Shown in pieces: positions 1-11,490 of a stretch of DNA of 42,482 bases. Origin of the DNA: Proteromonas lacertae (Eukaryota); the NCBI GenBank assembly GCA_002245135.1, contig NGBS01000045.1, positions 1-42,482 of the forward strand, read 5' to 3'. How positions within the stretch are numbered: the stretch's first letter is position 1; each line of letters starts with the position of its first letter. Position numbers and translations under genes: made by a program. The notes under the pieces were generated by a model. That model saw only the letters and a list, made by a program, of their open reading frames with translations. It searched no databases and was not told the origin of the DNA.

Positions 1-277
1 ATAATCTTTTGATAATATCTTTCTTTCTCTTCTCCAATTCCATCTATTTTCATTATTCCAATTGATGTAAATGTTTCTAAAAATGATTTCAATTTGATTT
101 ATCTATATTCTTCTTTCACTGTTATTGATAATTCATCTAAACAATCAAATACTTCTTTCATTAACCTCAATTCTCTTTCATTTAATTCATTTCCTGATAT
201 ATTCATATTTTCTAATGGTTTATAATGATTTAATCTTTCTATAATCACATTTAACACATTCTCACTCATTACAATAT
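1..277 (-). pseudogene. 3'-terminal exon fragment of the pseudokinase-LRR family (third copy), runs off the window edge
   Basis: The minus strand reads IVMSENVLNVIIERLNHYKPLENMNISGNELNE...ELSITVKEEYR*IKLKSFLETFTSIGIMKIDGI. This aligns to the last exon of the 7765-11391 gene (MSENGLKMLIERL...ELSITLKEDVDKSELKSFLETFSSIGIIKIDGI). It has an AG acceptor at 278-279 and compensating indels that create a stop. No upstream exons fit before the ARH gene. Confidence 0.75.
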
Positions 278-362
278 CTATTCAAATATAAAATTATATT
301 ATTTTATCATAAAAGTTATATCAAGTATTAAAAAACAACTAAAATACAAACATAGTTTTTAA

Positions 363-1437
363 TTAAACTATTTCCAACTTCGATAAATATTTCAATACTT
401 CACTTGGATAGTATTTTTCTCCTCCATTTAAATAACTATCATCATAAGGAGAAATTTAATACTTTCTCTATCCAATATAAAGGAATATTATCTAACTTAT
501 TATAAACAACCTATTATTCCACCTACTATACAACAATTTGTATCACTATCTCCACCTAGTTTTAATACAAATTTCATACTTTTCTCATAATCAAATTTAT
601 GATTTAACAGTAAATACTCAATACAAACCCATATTTTATATAACCATTATGTTCATTCACATTTATTTTTAATTCTTCTTCCATTCCTTCTAATATCCAT
701 TCTAAACATATATCATAATCATGTAATTTACAATAATCTTTTAATTCATTCAATATTATATTTATTCTTTCATCATCATTATCATTTTCACTACTCTTAA
801 TTATTTCACTTATACATATATTATATACACTACAAACTTCTTTACATATTTCATTATTGTGAGTTATTCCACTGTCTAATCGACTATATTTATCGATTAT
901 TTCTTTACTTTCATTATAATACCAAACTCCTATTATATTACATCTCATTAAACAACCATTTGATTTACTTTTTATTCTTCTTTATATCTCGATTATTTAT
1001 TATCTCCATTATTTCATTATCATCTCTAAATTCCATTTCATCAAATTCACTTAAACTATTCTTCGTTGTTATTCCTAAATCAGGAGGATTACTTTTATAC
1101 CATTCATTATAACTTTTTACATATTTCATGTAAAGGATAAACATTTCTTTCATTCTTATATAAATTATATAATATGCACATCATCATCTCACTATCATCA
1201 GTTATTTGACCGGGCACCTCTACCACTAACACTACCTTTGGGAAATTCACAAGCTAACTTCATTTCTTCTTCATTCATTGGAGGAGTTTTCAATTCCCAA
1301 TATGATCCAAATGCATCTCCTACCATTGAACCAAACACACTTCCTAAAATACTCTTGCTTTTCAATTTTACTGATTTCGATGATGATAATGATGACAAAG
1401 GAGGAAAAGATTGTAATAGATTTTTTAATTTTATCAT
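363..1437 (-). CDS. ADP-ribosylglycohydrolase (ARH/DraG family), broken by at least 5 single-base indels in this sequence
   Basis: Family motifs occur in the correct order across frames: GSMVGDAFG, PGQITDDSEM (~1185-1214), YNEWYKSNPPDLGITT, SKSNGCLMR (~943-969), ITHNN, and LGGDSDTNCCIVGGIIG (~510-560). The 3' end is approximate. It is either a pseudogene or an assembly error. Confidence 0.8.
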
Positions 1438-1599
1438 AGTTAATTGATTTATTGATTTATGATAATTTATTCAAAAATAATTTAATTTCAAAATTATATG
1501 GGTTTCATTAACAAAAAATGGAATTTCACAGTGAATGAGAATAGAAATGTAGAAATCCATAGAAATGTAGATGTGTGACACTTAATCTGCTAAAAAATT

Positions 1600-4558
1600 A
1601 TGAATTCAGAAAATCATTTTTGTAAAGCTTGTGGAAGAATATTAGCCAGTAAGTGCTTTAGTAAAAAGCAGCTTAAGAAGAAGAACGAGTGTAGATGTAA
1701 TGAATGTATTGCTGAAGGTCGAGAAGTGATTTTTGAATCAGCCAGTGTAAGTTCTACGTCAGTTCCACAACCACCTCCAGCTCCTGTTAATGGTGTAGAA
1801 AGAAATGTTGCTGTTGAACTTCCTTCAAGCACAAGATTGTGTAATGAAACAAAATCATCTGAAATTGAAAGTAAAACTAATGTTTTACCGATTAGTAGTA
1901 GTAGTAGTGTTAGTGTTAGTGGCAGTGTATCAGCAATTGGTCGTATGATCGAAAGTCCTTTTCCAAAGTTTGTTAATCATATCAGTTTAGGTCAAAAATT
2001 TGAAGTGATAAGTAACCGATTTAAAGTGAATATCAGAAAAAGTGATGTTGTAATTTACAGTTATGATGTAAAGATGAGTGATGAAAGAGATGAAGAGCAT
2101 TTCCCAAAGATATTAAAGATGAATATTTGGAGTGTATGTAAAAGTGAAATTGAAAGAGAAATGAATATAGGAAATGGTTTAAAGCTGTATTATAATGGAG
2201 ATAAGATGTTATACAGTAATGTAAGATTAAATGAAACATCATTAGAGAATAAGCGAATAACCTTAATTGAAGGAAATAATCACAATCGAATATTTAATGT
2301 GAAATTAAGTGATACAAATCAAGTGATAGATTTGAATATGATAAATGAATATGGTGTAAGAATGAATGGAATCCCTGAATTGGAGATGAGTGTATTATCC
2401 AATATCTTACGAGATTATGAGAAAAGTAGATATTTAGATATAGGAAATGGATTTTATGATATGAATAGAATGAATATGAAGAGTATAGGAAAAGGTTTAT
2501 CAATATGTACAGGTGGATTTAATATGGGATTACATATTAGTGATATTGGTTTAACATTGAATATATGTCCAACATGTAGTGTGTTTATTGATGATTGTAG
2601 TGTATTAGAAATATTTAAGAAAGTTGTGAATATTGATGATTTAAGAGGATTTGGAAGAGGATTAAACAATAATGAATTGAAAGATTTATTAAAAGTATTG
2701 AAAGGAAACAACAATTGAATGTAATCATCAAGGATTTTGTCGAAAGTATAAAATCAAGAATATCTCCAATTTAAATGCAATTACTACACAGTATATATAT
2801 AATAATAATTATTATTATATGTTAAATAGATTTGCAATTGATGGAAATATGATAAATGTGAATGACTATTTTAATAATACTTATAATATTAGATTATCAT
2901 ATCCAAATCTTCCATTATTAATCTTACAGAATAATTGTAGTATGCCAATGGAAGTATGTAAGATTGAAAGTAATCAAAGATATACCAAGAAGTTAACACC
3001 TTATGAACAAGCTGAGATGATAAAAGCCAGTGCATTTAAACCTGATATATTAAGAAGAAAGATCGAAAATATCAGTAATAATAATGTTGGAATATATAAT
3101 GCAATAAACAATGATTTATCAACAAGAATAGAAAGAGAAATGATAAAAGTATAAATCTATATTGTTTATATATGTTATTAATAGTGTGAAGCTCATCATC
3201 TTCCATCTCCATCCATTCATTTCAATAATACTGATATTAAACCAAATAATGGAAGTTATAATCTGAAAGATGTGAAATTATATAAAGGAACAACAATAGT
3301 ATATAATATTATATGATGATTATTATGATGATAGAAATCTTGGAAAATATTCAATTGTGATTATAGAAATTCTAATAAAATTGGTAGAATAATGTCTGAT
3401 TTGATAAATACAGGTAGAAAAATGAATATGTCGTTACCAAATGATATGAGAGTGATAAATGTTGATATAAGAGATATGAATAATATATGCAGAAGTCATT
3501 GATAAAGAAATGAAGAAAGACAATCCTGAATTGATAATAGTGTTTATTCCAAATGAAGATATGGAGTTGTATATAAATAATAAAGATGAGTTGTGATGTT
3601 ATACATGGAGTATTAAGTCAAGTATTAATACCTTCGAAAGCTTTGAAAGGTGGTATTCAATATTTAGCGAATATAATAATCAAGTTAAATCTTAAATGTG
3701 GAGGTATAAATTACTGTACAAAATCTCCAGGAACTATCAAGAATCCAATAGTATATATATATATTAATATATTAATAATAGAGAGAAAAAAGAACAATGT
3801 TTGTTGGTGGTGATGTTTGTCATCCAAAACAAAAGAGTGAAATGAAATCCATCGCTTGTGTAGTTTGTTCAATGGATGAAGATGGTGTTAAATATGTAAG
3901 TGAAGTGAGATATCAAGATAGTGGAAATGAGATAATCAGTGAATTGGAAGATATGTTAAAAGTATTATTTACTGATTATTTAAAGAATAACAGAGGAATA
4001 TTACCTGAAAGAATAATATTTGAAAGAGATGGAGTAAGTGAATCTCAGAATATAACATTAACAGAAACTGAAATTCCAAGTACAAAAAGAGCGATGGAAG
4101 AAATCTTTGGAAAAGACAAAAGAATAGAATTGACTTATTTGATAGTAAATAAACGTCATCACACTAGATTCTTTAGTGATGTTCAATCAACAATTGATAA
4201 AAACCACAATATAATAAGTGGAACAGTGATAGATAATACAATAATTGATAAGAATCGATTTCAATTCTACTTATCAAGTCAAAACAGTTTCCAAGGAACA
4301 GTACATCCAGCTTGTTACACTGTTTTATATGAAGATAAACATTGGAATGAGAATGAGTTGAGTTTATTAATCTATTGGGAATGTTATTTGTTTAATCGAT
4401 GTACAAAATGTATATCTATTCCTCCCTGTGTGAAATATGCTGATTTATGTGCTTACAGATATAGATTATTATCAACAGTGAAAGTAAACAATGTAGAAAC
4501 AACAGATACTTCAATAGTAGTTAATCCAAGAATCAGAAAATCAATGTATTTCTCATAA
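1600..4558 (+). CDS. AGO: Argonaute (N-L1-PAZ-L2-MID-PIWI) with an N-terminal C4 zinc finger; 4 introns and 3 apparent +1 frameshifts
   Basis: Motifs: N domain VISNRFKV/IYSYDV; PAZ RKYKI...VNDYFNNTYNIRLSYPNLP...MPMEVCKI..NQRY; MID Y..IK...GVLSQ...NIIIKLNLKCGGIN; PIWI GGDVCHP, RDGVSE, KRHHTRFF, GTVID, SIPPCVKYADL, ending MYFS*. Introns are at 2791-2829, 3149-3184, 3299-3334 and 3751-3781. Frameshifts are at ~2707, ~3490 and ~3575. Confidence 0.95.
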
Positions 4559-4647
4559 AACTCATTCTAACATTTTATATTCTTATATTCTCATTATCAT
4601 CATCATATTTATGTGTTTTTATGAAATAATACAAAAACAAAAGAATA

Positions 4648-5781
4648 TTATACACAATATATTAGTGATTTATCATTTTCAAACATGATCAAATGAAGAT
4701 TATTATCTTCAACTTCTTCTTCTTTCTTAATATATTGACAATTTAATCCTTTTAAACAAATATCATTATTCAATCCATATAATGACAATAAATAATATGA
4801 TAAATGTTTGGAGTTTATAATCTTATTCAATATACTCATTAAACATTCAATAAATACATACGAAAATACTCCTTTACATTTCATATGTATTGCATCATCA
4901 CAATTAGATATATATCCATCTAAGGGATTAAAAGAAGAAATATAACTATCTTTCTCATTTCCATACAATATATCATCTATATTACATTCAATCATCCCAA
5001 TATAATCAAGGAGATTGTTTATATTACATATTTCACTTTCTTGTACTTTCATTGAGTTATTATTATTTAATTCGAAATTTACACTTTCATAATTCGGTAT
5101 TTCGATTGAATTATATTCTGTTATTGAAAATGTATTGTAGATTTGTTTGGGTTGGTAATCTGGTGGTATATTCATTGATAAACATTTACCATTTTCTGAG
5201 TTTGTATATGACATTATTACTGTTATTTTATTCATCTATTCATTATTATATTATTATCATATACTCGATCATCAGATAAACTACTTATTAATTTTTCATA
5301 AAAGGAATTGTTTAAATGTTTTAAATTGATGATTATTACATAATAATTATTGTTTATTTTCTTTCCATCTAATCCAATTGTTTGATAAGAATCTTTGTCT
5401 ATATACAAATACAGTATTCCATTCACTACATAAACTGAATTACATGGAGGAGTTGGAGTGTTTATGGAGTATAAAACAAAACAATTGCATGACTTTATAT
5501 ATTCTTCGATAAATTCTTTCTATATACAATTCATATACACATTAATATACATTTACAATATAACAGAATGGAACTGTCGCTTTATAGTAGAAAAGTTCTT
5601 CAACTAATTCTTTTATATTACACACATCTTCAATCAATCCTCGAGGTATAAATATTCCTATCTGAGTGGTTATTTCATGTTTTCTTAACATTTTCTTTGT
5701 TTTTACTGACTTTGATAATGAATTTGTTTCTAAAACAGAATATGATCCACATTTATATTTCTTTGATATTATTTTATTCAT
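4648..5781 (-). CDS. RPP40: Ribonuclease P/MRP subunit p40 homolog (multi-exon)
   Basis: NGILYLYIDKDSYQTIGLDG...YYVIIINL matches the Rpp40 motif G.L.L..DKDTY...GL.G...I.I.L. The ORFs at 5542-5781, 5232-5426 and 4648-5235 are separated by short intron-like segments. Confidence 0.75.
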
Positions 5782-5849
5782 TTCTATCTATATATAATGA
5801 GAAAATGATGATTATTACAATCTATTTTGACAATATATTCGTTTAGAAA

Positions 5850-7520
5850 ATGATATTTTTGTTTTTTTGTTTTTTTATCTATCTGCACTTCTGCTTAAGT
5901 GAATCAACACTAAAAATATGGCCCTATCCTAATAAATATAGTCGTGGAAATACCGATTTATTTGTTAGAGGTTTTTCTTTTGAATTTAAAAGTGAAATAT
6001 CCTGTAAAGATTTAGAAGATTCTTTCTCAAGATACAAGGCAATAATATTTGGAGAACATGAAGAAGAAGGTGATATTAGTTCTTCTTTTTTAAGTTCTGT
6101 TATAGTGAGAGTTGATGATTGTAATGCTGATTTACAAGTATTTCAATATTTTGATATGAAAATAATAATAATAATAGATGGGAGTAGATGAGAGTTATTC
6201 TTTAAATATCACAGTTTCTCCTCCAAGTGCAATAATAGAAGCTTCTACAGTGTATGGTGCATATTATGGATTAGAGACCTTTTCTCAGTTAGTGACATAT
6301 AACTCAACAAGAAAACAATATATAATTCATGACTCACCTTGGATAATCTCTGATAAACCATATTTTGCAGTATTAATTATATAATAAATGTGTATAATAG
6401 TATCGAGGAGTATTAATAGATTCAGTTCGTCACTTTTTACCCAAAAGAATCTTAAAGAAAGTAATAGACAGTTTAAGTTATGCGAAATTCAATACATTAC
6501 ATTGGCATTTAAGTGATAATCAAGCATTTGTAGCTGAGATAAAATCCTTACCGAAGTTTTGGGATTCTAGTTATGATAATGCATCAAGATATACACAAGT
6601 ATAAATAAATAAATAAATTTGTTTTTATTTATTTAGAAAGAAATGAAAGATATAATAGAATATGCTCGAAAGAGAGGTATAAGAATAATTCCTGAAATTG
6701 ATATTCCTGGCCATATGATGTCATGGTGTAAAGAATGTATAAATTATTAATTATTATATAAATAGATCCTGAAGTATGTCCAAGTGAAACATGTTTAGAA
6801 CCATTAGATCCAAGTAGTAATTACACAATGCCTTTATTAAAACAATTATTTGGTGAAATATCTTCATTATTTCCTGATAATTATATTCATTTAGGTGGTG
6901 ATGAAGTATCAATGAAGTGTTGGAATGAAACTCCTCGTATAAAAGAGTGGATGAATAAACATGGATATGATGTAACTGATACTTATAAATATATGGTTGA
7001 TAATAGTCATAAAATAATATTAAATAATAATAAAAAGACAATGAATTGGGAAGAAGTAGTAACTCATATTCCAAAAGGAATAAATAATACTGAATCAATA
7101 ATTCAAATCTGGTTAGGTGGAACAAGTACAATGTCAATAATCAATCGTGGATTTAATGTGATAATATCAAAGAAATGGTATTTGGATGATTTGAATAACA
7201 ACTGGGAAGTATTTTATAATAATGATCCATTAAATGGAATTGATGATAAAGAAAAAGAAAAGAAAGTATTAGGAGGTGAAGCTTGTATGTGGGGTGAAAC
7301 AGTAGATAGTTCTGTAATATTTAATACAATTTGGCCAAGAGCAGCAAGTGTAAGTGAAAGATTATGGAGTAATCCAGAGAATTTGAATGTAGAAAAAGCG
7401 AAAGATCGATTATTATGGTTTCGATGTTTATTGAATGAAAGAGGAATAGAAGCTGCTCCAGTTTTGAATGAAGTTGGCAGAAGTGCTCCAAGTGAAGCTG
7501 GTGGATGTTTATGTCAATAA
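5850..7520 (+). CDS. Secreted/lysosomal beta-N-acetylhexosaminidase, GH20 (HexA/HexB-like)
   Basis: It has a hydrophobic signal peptide, [53 protein letters not shown], catalytic HLGGDE, and GGEACMWGE...[14 protein letters not shown]. Introns are at 6138-6177, 6370-6400, 6599-6636 and ~6738-6765. The spliced frame is intact. Confidence 0.95.
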
Positions 7521-7764
7521 ATATATTTTATATTAATTGTTTCTTTTCATCTACAGAGATCATTCAGTAAATACGTTTGTATATATACTTCCAACTTGAC
7601 CAAACAGATTAACCACACACAATAATAAGATATAACATTGAATTAATTTACTCAAACTGAATATAAGTGTGAAAATTATAAAATACAACAAAATACACAC
7701 TCCTCAAACCATAAAAGCTTGACATTATTTTTTCAAAATTTACATTATTAACTCAGAATTTCAG

Positions 7765-10700
7765 TTATTTAATGTTGAAGAATTCTTTACTTAATTCTTT
7801 CTTTTCTTCTTCTGAAATACCATCTATTTTTATTATTCCAATTGATGAAAATGTTTCTAAAAATGATTTTAATTCTGATTTATCTACATCTTCTTTCAAT
7901 GTTATTGATAATTCCTGTAAATCTTGAAAATACTTTTGATTTTCATTAAATAATTTCAATCCTTTTTCATTTAATTCATTTGCTGAAAGATTTATCTGTT
8001 TTAATTGTTCATAATCTCTTAATCTTTCTATCAGCATCTTTAATCCGTTTTCACTCATTCCAATATCTATTCATATCATAAAAGATGCAATATTAATAAT
8101 ATACTTGAAATATCAAATACAAAATCATTACAACCATAACCTTCTTCTATAAATATTTCTAAATTACTACATATTATCTCTACTCCTTCATCTCCAATTG
8201 GATTATTGTTAATTGAAATATATTGTTTTGGATGCTTTAATGAGGAATCCATCAATTCTTTTAATCCTTTAGAACTAATTCTATTATTAGATAAATCAAG
8301 TGTTAAATAATCAATCTTCTTAATTAATCTAATGTGATAATCGTTAATATTCATATCTATTTCATTATAGCATATATTCTATACTTGAAAAATCATATTC
8401 TTTATCAAAATAATGTCTCTTCTTTTTGGCACAATACTTCAAATAATATTCCAATTCTTCATTTGTCCATAATGAATATCTCATTTCGATAAAAGGATAT
8501 TCTTCATCTTCTATTGATTTAGAACAAATTGATTTTAATCCTTTCATACTAATATTATTCCCTTTTAGATTAATACAGTAACATTCTTCTGACAAATCTA
8601 TTTCATCTATTAACAACATCACACATTCATCATCTATTAATATATTACTCAAATTAAGATTATATATATCATCACGATCTTTTGCTACCATCATTAAATT
8701 CTCAATTAATAATTTAAATCCAACATTTCCAATTGGATTATCTATTCAATCAATATATAAATATTTATTAAATATACGATGAATGTATAAATGCTTGATA
8801 TTATCATTCTCAACTATACTATCCAATAAATATCCAATTCCACTTGCATCAATATAATTACCACTTACATCAAGCTTAATCCATTCATTAATGTTCTTTA
8901 AACCATCTAGCAAATGTTTTAATCCAATTGAAGATAATCCCATTTCTATTACAAATAATGTCATAACAATAATACTTAAACAATTCATGTCATTTTTATC
9001 ATTTATTAATAAATGTATATGAGGAGACATTATTCTCATTCCTTCATTTCCTATCTCATTTCCATTTAAATATAAAAATTTGAGACTTTGAAAATGAAGA
9101 TAAATTATTAATTAGCGTTTCCTATACTTTTGAATAGGTTAGTTTATTATCTAAATAATAGAAGAATATCAATATATACTACTTAAATATAACTTTTCTA
9201 TTCCTCCTAATTCATTTGATCTTAATGAAATAAATGATTTGAAAAAATCATCATCAATTTCCATATTCCTTATATTTAATCCATTATCGTTAATTCCATT
9301 TTTAATACATTCTACTAATTCTGGAATGTTTTTATCAATCAGCAATTCTTTACTTCCATTTAATTCAAATTTTATATTTGCAATTGGAGATTTGGAGAAT
9401 AAAGCTTTTACTCCTATTGAATGAATATTTTTGTTGCTTCTAACATCTATTTTCTGAATATATGGATATTTATATAACTCTTCTGATAATAATGTCATTG
9501 ATTGATCATTTAAATTCATCCAACTTAGAAATAATTCATCATATTCATTGATTAATAAATGTAAATATGGAAGAATTAATTTGAAGCCTTTTAAGCCAAT
9601 TGGACAAGCTATTTAAAAATATAAAATGAAAAGAAATACAACAAAGAGTTACATATTCTAATTTCATATATGGAATTGCTTTAACAAATGATTCTAAAAA
9701 ATGAGAAAAAAAATTGCATAATTTGAATTCTAGCCTTTCAAGATTAGATAATTGAGAAAAACAAGATCCAAACAAAGATTGATATTGTATAGGAATATGA
9801 ATATCAACTATTTGGATAATAATAACCATAATTATACAGAATTTTAGCTCTATTGGATCAATCAGTATTAATACTCTAAACAAATAATCCATCCCTTCAT
9901 CACAAAAACAAATACAATTTGATTGGAATTGTGATTATTTCTCTACCATATAAATCATTATCATTTTTAACAAATAACATCATTTCATCCAAATAACATT
10001 CTTTTCCTTCTTTACACTTATGAAAAACTTGAAACTTCAATTTTTCTCTTATTGAATAATCATATGTGAATAATTGCATATTCAATAATATTGACAGTAT
10101 TTTATTATTTGGTTTATTATTGTATAATTGTATTAATCTATCTCGAATTGCTTCTCTCTCTTCACTTTCAAGATAATATTCTTTAGGATAAAGCGTTATA
10201 AACTCTAAATCACTTTTACACAAAATATCTTTTCTTTCTTTGCATATCATCAACTTTCTTTTTTCATTTCTATCATAATTATCTTTCATTTCTTCAATAA
10301 ATTCTTTTATACCGTCTCTATCTTCATTTCTAATTTTCAATACTTTTACAATCAATTTCATAAACATATACTTTGATATACCAACTGAATATTCACTAAA
10401 CATATAATCTTTCTTTTCCATTTCATACAATAAACAGCATATCTCCCAAATCTCATTTTTCTCATTAGAATCTAATCCATTCAATTCTTTAGTGGTTTTA
10501 AAATATGACTCGTACATCATTAAATTAATTTCAATATCTTTTGATATTTCAATCAATCTTTTCATTTCTTTTCTCAACTCTTTTAAACTCATTCTATCTT
10601 CATTATTCAATTTTAACATTCTTTCTATCATTTCTTTCATCATTTCATCACATTCTACATCTATATTGTATTTACATCTCAGGATATTATTCAATGTTCT

Positions 10701-11391
10701 AAACATATTATTATCTTCATTAAATGGTAATTTCTTACAAATCATTTCATATAAAATACAGCCAATTGACCAAATCACACTTCTTTCATTGCATTCTAAT
10801 CCATTCAACTCTTCAGGGCTTTTGAAGCATATATCATACACTCTCATTTTTTCTTCTTTTCTCACTGTGCTTAAGTATAAATCACATAACTTTATATCAT
10901 GATATTCTAACTCATCATCTTTTTCATATATTATGTTACTGCTCTTCAGATTACTAACCACTAAATCATATTTACTTAATATTATAAGCTTATTGCATAT
11001 ATTACATATCACATTACAAACATAGCCACTCGGCAAGGATTTAGTATAAATTAACTCCTCTAAATCAATTGAGTAATATTCTCTCTTTAATATCATATAT
11101 TCATAATCATATAACTGGAACATTCTAAAAGGATAAATAAACTCACTACAACAGTCAAATAGGAATGAGTGAATTTCTAAGAATTTTTCTATCTTTTCTT
11201 GTTTTATCCCGTCAATATTTTTCATTTTAATAACGTTAATATCATTGTTATATTGAAAAAACAAATCTATTTCATTATCACTTTTTTCTATTCTCTCTTT
11301 TATCTAATAAATGAACCAACAAAAATACTTGAGTATTACATGGTAATTTAGATAAAAAAACCGCTTCAAACAAAGAATTTAATAAAACCAT
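7765..11391 (-). CDS. Pseudokinase + RI-like leucine-rich-repeat protein, copy A (frameshifts at ~9930 and ~9090-9140)
   Basis: ATG at 11391. The kinase fold has degenerate catalytic motifs (VSNLKSSN for HRDLKxxN, DLY for DFG, FKSPEEL, IWSIGCILYEM). It is followed by about 28-aa LRRs (LDLSNNRISSKGLKEL, NPIGDEGVEII). Introns include 9808-9837, 9151-9179, 8946-8975, 8742-8777, 8357-8384 and 8067-8104. Confidence 0.85.
7781..7944. repeat. About 164-bp segment identical to 11507-11670 (3' ends of the two pseudokinase-LRR paralogs)
   Basis: Direct base-by-base comparison; both encode ENQKYFQDLQELSITLKEDVDKSELKSFLETFSSIGIIKIDGISEEEKKELSKEF. Confidence 0.9.
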
Positions 11392-11490
11392 CTTTATTGT
11401 AAAATGTAACGCATATATTTTTTGTATTTCTTTTAAAAATATATTAAACAGAAATGCATTAAATAAACATCAAAATATAATATATTTGAG

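Noticed and set aside
1600..4558. Prokaryotic Argonaute defence operon with ARH
   Set aside because: The gene has spliceosomal introns and eukaryotic AGO-clade motifs, and the two genes are divergent rather than operonic.
10492..10902. Antisense or alternate-frame ORFs such as 10492-10902, 6754-7137, 2454-2714 and 34933-35277
   Set aside because: These are shadow ORFs of real genes in AT-rich DNA, with biased F/L/I/S composition and no motifs.
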